Under the pieces are notes generated by a model that worked only from the letters and a program-made list of their open reading frames with translations, made no database searches and had not been told where the DNA came from. A stretch of DNA of 64,000 nucleotides from Candidatus Tayloriibacteriota bacterium (GTDB taxonomy: Bacteria > Patescibacteriota > Minisyncoccia > Phycocordibacterales > SIBU01): contig SIBU01000003.1 in assembly GCA_009695005.1 (NCBI GenBank), forward strand, positions 866 to 64,865. Reading direction: 5' to 3'. This document shows positions 1 to 10,045 of the stretch, one piece after another. A program made the position numbers and the translations under genes. How positions within the stretch are numbered: the first letter of the stretch is position 1; each line of letters opens with the position of its first letter.

Positions 1-1403
1 ACTGTCGTAGAACCTGAAACAAACACACGAGTGCCAGAATTTACAGCTGTACCATAAGTGCCCATCGTGTCATAACTATCGAAATCAATCGCTACAAGAT
101 GACCGTTCTCTGTAACCGGACCCCCGTAACCAATACTTGAAAAGTCAGCCTTAACCGTCAAAATTTTATCAGTACCTTGGGGAATCAAAACTGGGGTATA
201 TAAAGTGGAAGTTGCAGTTTTGCTTCCACCAACAAAGTAAGCTGACCCAACCTCAGAGGCACCATCAAAAATGTGAACTTGAACCAAATCATTGACCGAG
301 CCGGAGGTTAATCTTAAAACAATCCGCTGTAAGTTTACTGATTCATTAATTGCACTAAACTTATACCCACCAGCAGTAACATTACTAGTGCCAGCTGCGG
401 CAATTAAAGGTGCGGTTGATGAAGCTGTGGAAACAGTAAGAACACCGGAAATGATGGCTGAGCGGGTAATAACCGGTTTACCAGGAGCACTACCGATGGC
501 CTTTACCTTGGATGATGACGTAACACCTGTAACAACCATAGAGGCAACATCTAAAACAGTCATCTCCCAGTTAGCTGAGAAATACAACTTAGCGCTACTT
601 GCCACATTACATTTAAGAGAGATGGTTTTAACAGTTCCCTTCTTAATCACCAAAGCTTGATCTAGTGTGAAAACAAAAGGTTCATAAGTACTCCGAACAC
701 CGGCATAAGGATTGAGCACATTACTACCAGTATTAAGCGCAACATTGCCATCAAAAAGTTGGCATGAATTTAAAGCGTCCGGAGTGGCTTCCAATGTATA
801 CAAATGAGTTGGAATGGTAGAAAATCTCACATCTTCACTTGAAGTTGCTGCACTAAACTGAAAATTTGCAAAATTTACTCCTCGAGCCCCTCTAACTGTA
901 TCTTGTATTGGGGGATTTGTTGATGCGCTAACTAGCAAAGAAGGGGTACTGGTTGCTGTTCCTAAATTTTTACACCCAGCAAATGTTGTTTGGGTCCCAT
1001 TGATATATTGTTTAACTAAACTGATATCTAAAGTTGTAATACTTCCACTTGCATTCACATCGGCACGGGATTGTTCGGAAACTGAAAGAGGGGTGATACT
1101 TACAACGTGGGCTCTAATTTTGTCTGAGTCCGCTGTTGAAATGACACCATCGCTGTTTACGTCACCTAGAGCTCCGCAGACAAGGGGTTTGGAGCCTGAT
1201 GAAACAGGTGTTTGAACTGGCGCCACAACTGGAGCTGGAACTTGAGAACCAGATGTCTGACCGAGCGTCGTCTGTAAAGTTGTAATTTGAGACAATACGG
1301 CCTGAATTTGTGCTTGCAATTCAGCGACAGTTTCTGCCGAAGCAGCAGAAACGAAAACAAAAGAGAAAACCAACATTCCGACAATAAGAGTTTTTTTAAA
1401 CAT
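1..1403 (-). CDS. Secreted dockerin-bearing surface protein, N-terminal 467 codons (gene continues beyond window start)
   Basis: Checked triplet by triplet. The minus-strand frame starting at ATG 1403..1401 has no stop down to base 3. It is absent from the ORF track because there is no stop in the window. The N-terminus MFKKTLIVGMLVFSFVFVSAASA is signal-like and is followed by a coiled-coil-like AELQAQIQAVLSQITTLQ. GDVNSDGVISTADSDKIRAHV...ADVNASGSITTLDISLVKQYING gives two dockerin-type Ca-binding repeats (~975..1175). Ig-like modules then follow that resemble the products of 8549..10009 and 45366..46838. Confidence 0.8.
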   Translation of the reverse strand, partial: MFKKTLIVGMLVFSFVFVSAASAETVAELQAQIQAVLSQITTLQTTLGQTSGSQVPAPVVAPVQTPVSSGSKPLVCGALGDVNSDGVISTADSDKIRAHVVSITPLSVSEQSRADVNASGSITTLDISLVKQYINGTQTTFAGCKNLGTATSTPSLLVSASTNPPIQDTVRGARGVNFANFQFSAATSSEDVRFSTIPTHLYTLEATPDALNSCQLFDGNVALNTGSNVLNPYAGVRSTYEPFVFTLDQALVIKKGTVKTISLKCNVASSAKLYFSANWEMTVLDVASMVVTGVTSSSKVKAIGSAPGKPVITRSAIISGVLTVSTASSTAPLIAAAGTSNVTAGGYKFSAINESVNLQRIVLRLTSGSVNDLVQVHIFDGASEVGSAYFVGGSKTATSTLYTPVLIPQGTDKILTVKADFSSIGYGGPVTENGHLVAIDFDSYDTMGTYGTAVNSGTRVFVSGSTT

Positions 1404-1507
1404 AGCAAATAATTATTAATAATTTGAGAACATTAATAAACACCATTGTAAGTTTAGCATTTAATTTTTCTAAAATATACTGGGGGGGATAGAAATGGGG
1501 ATAGCAC

Positions 1508-1542
1508 AAAACCCCTCGGACGTGGAACGTCCGAGGGGTTTT
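1508..1542. terminator. Rho-independent terminator downstream of the 1850-aa gene
   Basis: Perfect 16-bp stem aaaacccctcggacgt / acgtccgaggggtttt with a 3-nt loop. A- and T-runs are built into the arms, so it could work in either direction. Confidence 0.75.
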
Positions 1543-1576
1543 GTTTTAAATTTAATTTATCTATCTATCTTCCTGT

Positions 1577-4500
1577 CTATCTCCCAAGCGAAGCTTTAAT
1601 ACCCTCAAGAGTGGCTCTGACACTTTGTAGTGCGTTAGCCATTTGCAAATTTTGTAAGGAAGCAGTACCAGAGGCTCTTACTGATGCTGAAATTGAAGTG
1701 CCATCTGTAAATGTAACTGTAAGAGTAGAACCATTAAATACTGTGGACTCCTTCTGAGCAAAAAGTCTAAAGGTTTGATTTCCATCGGCAATTATTGTCT
1801 GTCCTAAAGCGGTATTCAGCTGTGCCCCACCCTCAACCACAACCAAGGGGTAATCCGCACTACCATCAGTAGACCAGTGTTCATTACCATGATCCATCTT
1901 GAAAGATTTTATTACCTTAGATGCTGGCACGTAGAGCGTCGCGGTCCAGTTCCAATCATCAGGTGAGGTATTAACGTTCCCGATTCCGGCACGGAACTGT
2001 CCCCACGCTCCAGCGCGGTTTTCAACGGTGCTATTTAAAACGAAGGAAAGTGAGGTAGGAACTGGAGGGGTAACTATCGGAGTTGGTCCAAGGTTAATCC
2101 TAACTTCCTTTTGAGCGTTTGCCGTTGGAGTTAGAGTATTTTCCCAACACTGAATTCCAATATTTACATTGGAAACATTAGGCATCGTGAATGACTTTGA
2201 ACCTGAAGTTGGAAGTGCTCCTCCTGTCCAAGTTGTTCCATCAGAAAATGTTTGACTAAACCCAAACCCAGTACAAGAACTAGCATTCTGTGCTGACCAT
2301 GTAATTGTGGCAGTTCCACTCGGAGAAATCATTGGAGCCGATGAACCATTTACAGTAAATTCAACTGTCGGTGTCGGAATGTTACAAGCTGGGAAAGTGC
2401 TAATTTGTCCATTCAAATATTGTGTTATATAAGTAATGTCAAGCGAACTTACATTTTTATCTAGATTAACATCCGCAACTCTTTGCTGAGTATTCAAAAG
2501 ATTAGGCGTTCCCAACACATAAGTACGAACTAGATCAATGTCAGCTTGCGAAATTACTCCATCAAAGTTTACGTCACCAATAGTTGAGGTTAAATTACCG
2601 ATCGTTCCGCAAGCGAGAGGTTTGGAGGTTAGAGTTTCGATTCTTCCCGTAGGATCTGAAGTAGTCATATTACTCAGATATACAGGGTAAGAGGCCGATA
2701 ACAAATGGGACAAATCAGTAATTGAACCGCCAAGCGTCAAACTAAATCCTTGGCCGCTTGGAACACTACTGTTTAACTTTCCCTTAACTGTATATGTATT
2801 TTTACCGGTAGGAACAGTGATCAAATCTGTAAAACGAATCGGGTATCGCCCGCTAATCTGTTGAGCGTCTACAGGACCGGCAACAACACGACCATTCGAA
2901 TCGTAAATGGAAATATTGGTTATGTATGGCACAAGAGAAGCAGGACTAAGGTTAAAATCTAACGATGAAATACTTGCGCTTCCACCAGTTACTGTCACAT
3001 CAAACCCTCCGAGTGGTTGCGCGGGAGTGGCGACGGCAACATTTTGGGCCGGAACTGAAGAAGAGTTGCTGATGGTAATTGCAGGTTGAGTGGACCTGTA
3101 ACCGTCAATTGTAGTTTCAATCGCTCCACATGGCTGTGTTGATGGATCCTGTATTGGAGTTGCTGCCGTTGCAGTATTCAACGCACCAGTTATCGGAAAT
3201 GAACCGGAAACGCTGGCCCGAGTAAGTACTCCAACCAAAGCTAGAGAAATTTGAGTGCCCGCATACTGAGAAAGATTACAAAAGGCATCTCCAACAACTG
3301 TAAAAGTCCTTGAGGCGGTGGCGCCAATTGGAAGAGAAAAATTTATATTTGCTTGATGATTTGAGTTAAGCATTCCAGAACCCACCCGAGTGCCATTTTC
3401 GTCCAAAATAGCAACGCTTGATAATATATTATCGGAACCATTGCCAATTTTTTCTATTACCAAACCAGTAATCAACACATTACTACTTCCTGCCCAAAGT
3501 TTTATTTTAGTGAATTGAATGTTTTTCGCATTTTGAAAAATCAAAGCACTTGTTGGTTGGACAGGTGATGTTACATTTACAGATCCGGAGCTAGTTGTCA
3601 CTGAACAAATTGGGAACGTACTTTGAGTACCCGCAAGATAACCTGAGATATACGCGCTATCCAGAGAGCTGATATTACCGTCATTGTTCAAATCAGCATC
3701 AAGTTGGCGTTTTGAGTCAAGAGATTTCGTACCAAGAACGTGAGCGCGAATTAGATCAACATCCGCCTGAGAAATAACACCGTCCAAATTGAAATCACCG
3801 TAAGATGCACAAATTGTGGGTTTAGATGTTTGAGTTACAGCAGTTGTGGGGGTAATGATAGTGAAATAAGAATCACTGAAATCACAACTTGAAGCTCCCC
3901 CACCACACACTTCAATCTTAAACTGACTGCCCGACACTACACCGAGTTGAGTTGGAATTTTTGTTGTAAATGTATATGTACCTGAAGAGGGACCTACTAC
4001 ACGGCTAGCAAGTTCGTAAGAAGTGCTTCTTGATTGATCGGCAAGATTTATATAGTGAATTCCGCCAGGAATAAGTTTCGCTGTTACTGTAATACTGTCG
4101 CTTGAAACATATGATTGTCCACCGTTTGGAGAAACAACTTGCAATGTTGTAGATGTTAAATTACGTCCCTGATACTCCGCGCTACTCATAATCCCCTGTC
4201 TTACTTGCTCCAGCGTTTGATGCTGTTCGTACACCAAACCATACCAATGAGCAAGACCTGCATCATCTGGATCACGAGCAAGCAAATTACGATAAATAGA
4301 CGCTATAGATTGTTTAGTGGAATATTCATAACTTGATTGAATTCCACTCCTCACTTGATCTAGGGAGAGACCGCTATTATCCCAGTAATCCAAACCTCCT
4401 GTATCCGCATCTCGTTTCAAAAGTGATGGATACATTTGTCGGATGGATTCGCGACGTGAAGAAGAAACTGTTGACCCTGAACCAACAATGAAAGCGGAAT

Positions 4501-7129
4501 CGCTTATATCCTTAGCTGATTCGTTAGGGTCAATATTTCCGTTCTGATCTGCTTTGTAAACTTCAATTCTATATTGGCCAGGAACCACATCACTTGGAAT
4601 ATTCCACAAATAATACACATTTCTATAAGGAACTACAGCAATCTTCCTAACGGAACCGATGTTAGGATTGTCGGGCCTAAGTTCAATATAAACCGTTGAT
4701 CCGGTATAGAAATTTGATGTCCACCACCTGATTTCGGAGTTACCTCCAGTCAAATATTTCTCTCCCCCATTCGGACTTACGATAGTAATAGCTGAACTTG
4801 ACCCTCCCCCCATTGTCACCCACACCACATTGCTCTTGCCAGCTTCGCGACCCAGATTAAGGTTCGTAACAAAAAGAGGGTAAGAACCTGCCGAAAGCCC
4901 AGTGGGAATTAATTGGATACCGGTACCATTTCCATATGCACCAGTTGGAGTAAATTCTCTTGTGCCAATCGTAACTACATCGGCAATCGAATCAAGACGA
5001 ACACCACTAATAATCATTATGTTATTGATGGCAGAAGGCGTTACAGTACTTATATAAGGCGACACTTCACCAACGATAGTCATTGGACTTGCCTGAACAG
5101 CAGGAACAGGGATATTGACAACATCATTTATATCCGAACCTTTAGCATTGAGATGCATCAATTTTGCATAATATGTACCAGCAAACATTTGTTTTGGATT
5201 TGCAGTAAGAACAGCCGTAAGCTGAACACTCTTGCCCGCTGGGACCACAGTGTAATTTCTACCGTACGCATCGGTCTTTTCACCAGCCGCCACTCCAACT
5301 TTCATATTTAATGAATTTGGATAGGCGGAATTATTGCTTTGGTCAAAGAAACTAGCATTTGCGCTCTTTGTATACAAGGTCAAATCTGACTTTCCTGCAG
5401 TAACCGTTGTATTAAATGTCGCGGTCAACTGAGACTCTTTATTGTTTGAATCGTAAGTTAATTCCAATCTTGGTGAACCATTGATTGTGATGGAAGCATC
5501 AACTAAGAGGGGTGAGAGGGGTTGAGTTGTTCCCCCAATAGTCACCCACACAACATTACTCTTGCCCGTATCTGTACCCATATCGGCATTAATAACCTGC
5601 AACGGCTGACCGCCCGGCGCAGGGTTAAATCCGGAAAGGTTCAAGTTTATAGTGGTGCCGTTATTAGTACTGGGAACCGGGCCAAAAGAGCTATTGTTGA
5701 CAAGAACGATGAAGTTGTTCGCCGGCGAAAAACGTGTGCCTTTCACAATCGAGGTACCTGGAACCGAAGTGGTGTCTATTGAACTGATATAAGGGGAGGT
5801 TTCTCCGACGATGGTTTTGGAATTAGTTGAATTGGGTGGTGCAATCAGATTGAAAGAATTACCAATAAACTTGCTTGTATTCGCCCAAACTGCATACAAC
5901 GAGGCGGTATAAGTACCCGCAAACATCTGCCTAGGATTTATAGTAGTTACAGCCTTAAACTGAACGATTCTACCCGCAGGCAAAACAAACATAGGTTGGC
6001 CATGATCATCAACCGTGCTATCAATATTTGACGTGAGTAACGTCAAAACAGTATTGGACTGCGAATTGGTACTTACCGAGTTTCCATCTTGACCTTTGAA
6101 ATCTACGCCGCCCCAGACCTTGTACAGATTTACACCTTTACTCCCCGCGGAAACGGTAACATCAAACGCGGAAGTGAGTAACACCTCCTTGTTGCTTGAA
6201 TCGTAAGTTAATTCCAATCTTGGTGAACCATTTATTACAACCGTAGCATCAGAGGTAGAATTTGTTGGAGATGATACTGTAAAATAAACTGTATTGCTTA
6301 CTTGACTCCACGGCTTTGTGTAAACCTTATAAATTCCTGGCGTAAATTGAACATAGTCACAAACTGAGGGGATACCGGAATAGTCTCCGTATACTGTTTG
6401 ACCTTGTTGACAAGGCTCTTTTAAGGTAACACGAGCAGTCTGCGCACCGACCGCACCACCATTCAGTTGTTGCGATAGAACTCCTGGCAATCTTAACGTC
6501 TTTCCGTCTGAACGAACAAAAAAGAAATACACATCTCCCTCAAATCCGTTAAGCCCACTACCTCTAATATCAATCGTTGTACCAACTGGAGAGGAAGATG
6601 GATTAATGCTTCCTATGTAAGGGTTTGTTGCTGACGCAGGTGTAGTAGATGTGGTACACCCATACAAACTATTGAGTTTCGCCCTTGTGACTGGCCCTAC
6701 AGTACCGGTCTTTTTGATACCGTACTTAGTTTGAAAATCAACCACAGCGGCGGCTGTATTTTCGTTATAATTTAAAACTGTTCTTCCATCTTGAAAAACC
6801 TCGTCGCGGTCTAAAAACCCTTCTTTAACAAGAAGGCTGCTAAGATTAGTCACGTCGACACTCTGATTTCCTACGGAAAGATTTTTAGTAAATGTATAAC
6901 AAAAACTACCAGATGCAGAAGTTGTACCGGAGTAATCCCCAGTAGAACCACCGGAGACAGCAGGAGTTCCTTGTGATGCATTAAGTTGTGCCTGAAGTCT
7001 CTGAATTTGCGCCAAAATGTTGCTAATTTGAGACTGAAGTTCATCAGCTACATTAACAGATGCAAACGTCACCGGCGCTATTACAAAAGAGAAAACCAAC
7101 ATTCCGACAATAAGAGTTTTTTTAAACAT
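1577..7129 (-). CDS. Giant secreted surface protein (1850 aa) with PG-binding, IPT-like, DUF4214-like, Ig-like and two dockerin-type modules
   Basis: ORF-track ORF with a signal-like N-terminus. PG_binding_1-like segment: NLSVGNQSVDV...FQTKYGIKKTGTVGPVTRAKLNSLYG. Two ~230-aa tandem modules: INGSPRLELTYDS...MFAGTY. IPT-like SPYIS modules are present. Two DUF4214-like repeats: LLKRDADTGGLDYW and LLARDPDDAGLAHW. Dockerin-type modules: GDFNLDGVISQADVDL..DLNNDGNISSLD (~3603..3822) and GDVNFDGVISQADIDL..DVNLDKNVSSLD (~2384..2582). Confidence 0.93.
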   Translation of the reverse strand: MFKKTLIVGMLVFSFVIAPVTFASVNVADELQSQISNILAQIQRLQAQLNASQGTPAVSGGSTGDYSGTTSASGSFCYTFTKNLSVGNQSVDVTNLSSLLVKEGFLDRDEVFQDGRTVLNYNENTAAAVVDFQTKYGIKKTGTVGPVTRAKLNSLYGCTTSTTPASATNPYIGSINPSSSPVGTTIDIRGSGLNGFEGDVYFFFVRSDGKTLRLPGVLSQQLNGGAVGAQTARVTLKEPCQQGQTVYGDYSGIPSVCDYVQFTPGIYKVYTKPWSQVSNTVYFTVSSPTNSTSDATVVINGSPRLELTYDSSNKEVLLTSAFDVTVSAGSKGVNLYKVWGGVDFKGQDGNSVSTNSQSNTVLTLLTSNIDSTVDDHGQPMFVLPAGRIVQFKAVTTINPRQMFAGTYTASLYAVWANTSKFIGNSFNLIAPPNSTNSKTIVGETSPYISSIDTTSVPGTSIVKGTRFSPANNFIVLVNNSSFGPVPSTNNGTTINLNLSGFNPAPGGQPLQVINADMGTDTGKSNVVWVTIGGTTQPLSPLLVDASITINGSPRLELTYDSNNKESQLTATFNTTVTAGKSDLTLYTKSANASFFDQSNNSAYPNSLNMKVGVAAGEKTDAYGRNYTVVPAGKSVQLTAVLTANPKQMFAGTYYAKLMHLNAKGSDINDVVNIPVPAVQASPMTIVGEVSPYISTVTPSAINNIMIISGVRLDSIADVVTIGTREFTPTGAYGNGTGIQLIPTGLSAGSYPLFVTNLNLGREAGKSNVVWVTMGGGSSSAITIVSPNGGEKYLTGGNSEIRWWTSNFYTGSTVYIELRPDNPNIGSVRKIAVVPYRNVYYLWNIPSDVVPGQYRIEVYKADQNGNIDPNESAKDISDSAFIVGSGSTVSSSRRESIRQMYPSLLKRDADTGGLDYWDNSGLSLDQVRSGIQSSYEYSTKQSIASIYRNLLARDPDDAGLAHWYGLVYEQHQTLEQVRQGIMSSAEYQGRNLTSTTLQVVSPNGGQSYVSSDSITVTAKLIPGGIHYINLADQSRSTSYELASRVVGPSSGTYTFTTKIPTQLGVVSGSQFKIEVCGGGASSCDFSDSYFTIITPTTAVTQTSKPTICASYGDFNLDGVISQADVDLIRAHVLGTKSLDSKRQLDADLNNDGNISSLDSAYISGYLAGTQSTFPICSVTTSSGSVNVTSPVQPTSALIFQNAKNIQFTKIKLWAGSSNVLITGLVIEKIGNGSDNILSSVAILDENGTRVGSGMLNSNHQANINFSLPIGATASRTFTVVGDAFCNLSQYAGTQISLALVGVLTRASVSGSFPITGALNTATAATPIQDPSTQPCGAIETTIDGYRSTQPAITISNSSSVPAQNVAVATPAQPLGGFDVTVTGGSASISSLDFNLSPASLVPYITNISIYDSNGRVVAGPVDAQQISGRYPIRFTDLITVPTGKNTYTVKGKLNSSVPSGQGFSLTLGGSITDLSHLLSASYPVYLSNMTTSDPTGRIETLTSKPLACGTIGNLTSTIGDVNFDGVISQADIDLVRTYVLGTPNLLNTQQRVADVNLDKNVSSLDITYITQYLNGQISTFPACNIPTPTVEFTVNGSSAPMISPSGTATITWSAQNASSCTGFGFSQTFSDGTTWTGGALPTSGSKSFTMPNVSNVNIGIQCWENTLTPTANAQKEVRINLGPTPIVTPPVPTSLSFVLNSTVENRAGAWGQFRAGIGNVNTSPDDWNWTATLYVPASKVIKSFKMDHGNEHWSTDGSADYPLVVVEGGAQLNTALGQTIIADGNQTFRLFAQKESTVFNGSTLTVTFTDGTSISASVRASGTASLQNLQMANALQSVRATLEGIKASLGR

Positions 7130-7222
7130 TTATTTTTAGTACTAACTTTAATTAATAGAATAACCTTGCCAAAGAGTACCACATTAATCACAATTCAACA
7201 ATGATTAACAAAATCTTGTATA

Positions 7223-8053
7223 ATGGACTATATGAACTTAAAAAATATTTGGAAATTGCTTTTGTACTTATTTGCGATTATCGGTTTTATTTTAGTTGCG
7301 GGTTTTTTTGCCGTGAAATTCGGATTAACAAATACAACAGGAATCATCGACAACCAAAGAGAGGGATTCTACCGAAACATCGAATCAAAACCGGCTTGGT
7401 CCGATGGCGAAGAGTGGCAGGTATTCGAAACGGCAGTCACTAAGGACAAGGTTGATATCGAAAGAGCGGCCACTCTCGCCGGCGTAACCGCCCGACTAAT
7501 CGTATCGCAACTGGTTTCAGAACAACTTAGACTTTTTTACACTAACCGGGAAATATTTAAAACAGTCTTCTCCCCTCTTAAAATTTTAGGCAACCAATCG
7601 CAATTTTCATGGGGCGTCATGGGTTTGAAACAAGAAACGGCCATCGAGATCGAAAAACATCTCGAGAACTCCTCTTCACCGTACTATTTAGGTAAAAATT
7701 TTGAAAAACTTCTGAATCCTATAACAAGCGACCCCGACTCTGAGCGGTTTAAACGGATTACCGATGAAAATAGTCGATTTTATTCCTATCTATATACCGG
7801 TCTATATCTCAAAGAAATCGAGACCCAATGGCAAAAGGCGGGTTTTGACATATCAAACCGCCCGGAAATTTTAAGCACCCTGTTCAACATTGGTTTTGAA
7901 CACTCGACTCCCAACATTAATCCCCAAGTTGGCGGTTCGGAAATTAAAATAGGAGAAAAAATTTACAGTTTCGGTGGATTATCCGCTGAATTCTACTATT
8001 CAAACGAACTTCTTGAGGAATTCCCAAGAAAAGATAGTCGCCTGGAACATTAG
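7223..8053 (+). CDS. Hypothetical membrane-anchored protein (276 aa)
   Basis: ORF-track ORF with an N-terminal TM helix (LLLYLFAIIGFILVAGFFAV). A terminator hairpin lies downstream. No family recognised. Confidence 0.6.
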   Translation: MDYMNLKNIWKLLLYLFAIIGFILVAGFFAVKFGLTNTTGIIDNQREGFYRNIESKPAWSDGEEWQVFETAVTKDKVDIERAATLAGVTARLIVSQLVSEQLRLFYTNREIFKTVFSPLKILGNQSQFSWGVMGLKQETAIEIEKHLENSSSPYYLGKNFEKLLNPITSDPDSERFKRITDENSRFYSYLYTGLYLKEIETQWQKAGFDISNRPEILSTLFNIGFEHSTPNINPQVGGSEIKIGEKIYSFGGLSAEFYYSNELLEEFPRKDSRLEH

Positions 8054-8126
8054 ACCAGTAGTTTGGCTTCGCTTAGCAATTGTGTTCGAGGGTACTCGTC
8101 CAAGCACTCCTTGATCACAAAAATAA

Positions 8127-8155
8127 AAAAGCTTTACATTAACTGTAAAGCTTTT
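8127..8155. terminator. Bidirectional terminator between convergent genes
   Basis: 12-bp stem aaaagctttaca / tgtaaagctttt with a 5-nt loop, flanked by A- and T-runs. Confidence 0.65.
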
Positions 8156-8165
8156 GGTATGTCCT

Positions 8166-8525
8166 TCAAATTTTCTTCCTTCGAAAAAAACCACAAAGAA
8201 ACACTCCCATATAAACCAAACTGACGAAAATACGAATCATTAATGACTGACTGGGCTCTGAGAAAACGATGACATCAAGTCCTGCTATGAGAGCAACGAG
8301 TAACGCTCCGCGCAAAGAGAAAGACGTCCTTCCAAGCACCAGCCCCATAAAAAAACCTAGAGGTATGACCAATATCACACCCAGGTTGAGGAAGTGAATC
8401 ATACACACAAACCACAGTACAAGCGTGCAGATTGTGGCAAAAATTGCCAAAACCAAAAAATCTTTCAAGCTACCATTATCTATTTGCGTTTGCAAATAAC
8501 GGTTTCTCGACAATTCAATAACCAA
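8166..8525 (-). CDS. Small polytopic membrane protein (119 aa)
   Basis: ORF-track ORF with three or four hydrophobic helices. No family recognised. Confidence 0.45.
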   Translation of the reverse strand: MVIELSRNRYLQTQIDNGSLKDFLVLAIFATICTLVLWFVCMIHFLNLGVILVIPLGFFMGLVLGRTSFSLRGALLVALIAGLDVIVFSEPSQSLMIRIFVSLVYMGVFLCGFFRRKKI

Positions 8526-8548
8526 AATCAGAAACGAAAGGACGGAAA

Positions 8549-10009
8549 ATGGAAAAAATAATTGCGGGCATTATGCTCGTGTGTATGACGGTACTCGGAA
8601 ACGCAACGCCTCAACTCACTATTCGCAAAAACGAACAGGTTCCAAATCAGAACATTGCTTTGGGGATACCGAACCAACTATTCGGGAGCTACCTTGCGGT
8701 AGTAACGGGCGGGGCGATACTTTCGCCAAGCCAAATATTCTACATCGGAACCGAAAGTGGCGGAGGAGTTACCAACGTGTCAAATTTCGTGTTGGTCAAC
8801 AAAGAAGGTACCGTTATCGCGGGCCCGGTGGACCACAAGTATCTCTTTGAGGGACCTCCTCTCGGTGAGGTAGGAAGCATTACCTTCACCGATGTCATCG
8901 CCTTACCGGAAGGGACGAATGCACTCTTTCTCAAAGGGAATGTGGAAACATCCTTTCAGGTGAACGTACAGATGGTAACAGGAACGGCCCCTAGTTTATG
9001 GACCGTAACCGACCTAAACGGCACACCACTTCCGCAATCGGCTTCGGCTACTGGACTGATTATCGGACAAACGATGACCGTCCGTGGACCCTCCCTTACC
9101 GTCTCGTTCACTTCGGGTGAACAGACGGTGATAGCGGGGTCACAGCAAGTTTCCTTCGGCTCGTATGTCTTTGACGCAACGCAATCAAGCGAAGATATTC
9201 GCGTATCCGTTATTCCGGGAGATTACCGCTTCAACGAAGCGACTAGTGCTACGGACTTAACGAATATTCGTCTGTACGGTGACACAACATCGGTAACCAC
9301 CGGCTACAATGTGCTGAACCCAACACGGTTCGGCGCACAAACATTCACGTTGGACGGCAATGGTTTTATCGTACCGAAAGGAACCATAAAAACTATTCAA
9401 GTGCGGGTGGATGTGCGAAGCAACATCACGGGCACCTACCAGTGGCGAGTGCAGGAAAATCAGGCATGGTCATTTATTATTACCGGAATGGCAAGCGCGC
9501 AAAGCGCTGCAATAACACTTCAACCGACTGGCCCGTTCATACTACATGTTATCCAGCACGGCGAGGTCGCCATCACGAAGGTGTACACACCTTCGATAAG
9601 CGAAAAAGGAGACGGGACGGATACCTTTTTTGCGTTTTCCGTCGCAACGACAGGTGAACCGTTCCAAGGGGGTATCGTCAGCTTTAGGGTACAAGCAGAC
9701 CCATCAACCCGGTTTCAGATCGGAAACGGACTGATCCATCCGAAGCTAACAAGCGGAGGGACTTCTCTTGAATCCGTTCTGATCCCATGGCAGGTTGACG
9801 CGGCAGTAACCTCCTACCATGTATCATTCAACTTGATGCAAGCGTGGGAATTCCCTAAAAACACAGAACGCGAGTTCCGCTTCATTCTGGAATACGATAA
9901 CGGGCTTCAGACCGGTGATGAGGTGTCGATTGTCTTTGACGACGATAGAGAGAACATCTTCACCGGAGTTACATCGGGAGCGCGCGTAAAAGCAACGCTC
10001 CCGCCATGA
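8549..10009 (+). CDS. Secreted Ig-like repeat protein (486 aa), GC-richer than its surroundings
   Basis: SD-like gaaagga sits ~7 nt upstream of the ATG, and the N-terminus is signal-like. Modules are paralogous to the 1..1403, 1577..7129 and 45366..46838 products (compare VIAGPVDHK..ITFTDVIALPEGTNALFLKGNV with VVAGPVDAQ..IRFTDLITVPTGKNTYTVKGKL). The gene ends at a TGA that is in frame with the next ORF. Confidence 0.8.
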   Translation: MEKIIAGIMLVCMTVLGNATPQLTIRKNEQVPNQNIALGIPNQLFGSYLAVVTGGAILSPSQIFYIGTESGGGVTNVSNFVLVNKEGTVIAGPVDHKYLFEGPPLGEVGSITFTDVIALPEGTNALFLKGNVETSFQVNVQMVTGTAPSLWTVTDLNGTPLPQSASATGLIIGQTMTVRGPSLTVSFTSGEQTVIAGSQQVSFGSYVFDATQSSEDIRVSVIPGDYRFNEATSATDLTNIRLYGDTTSVTTGYNVLNPTRFGAQTFTLDGNGFIVPKGTIKTIQVRVDVRSNITGTYQWRVQENQAWSFIITGMASAQSAAITLQPTGPFILHVIQHGEVAITKVYTPSISEKGDGTDTFFAFSVATTGEPFQGGIVSFRVQADPSTRFQIGNGLIHPKLTSGGTSLESVLIPWQVDAAVTSYHVSFNLMQAWEFPKNTEREFRFILEYDNGLQTGDEVSIVFDDDRENIFTGVTSGARVKATLPP

Positions 10010-10045
10010 CATCTGTCCGTCATCCGGCGTGTACCACAACATCCA

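Noticed and set aside
292-1408. ORF-track ORFs 292..660(+), 1000..1215(+) and 1166..1408(-, TTG start)
   Set aside because: All overlap the 467-codon open minus-strand frame that starts at ATG 1403. That frame encodes a signal peptide, a dockerin-type module and Ig-like modules, so these ORFs are shadow or out-of-frame ORFs.
10007-10009. Genome-wide UGA recoding (codes 4 or 25) to explain the in-frame TGA
   Set aside because: recJ, comEC, pilC and the patatin gene terminate at TGA with normal lengths, and TAA, TAG and TGA all serve as stops for confidently identified genes.
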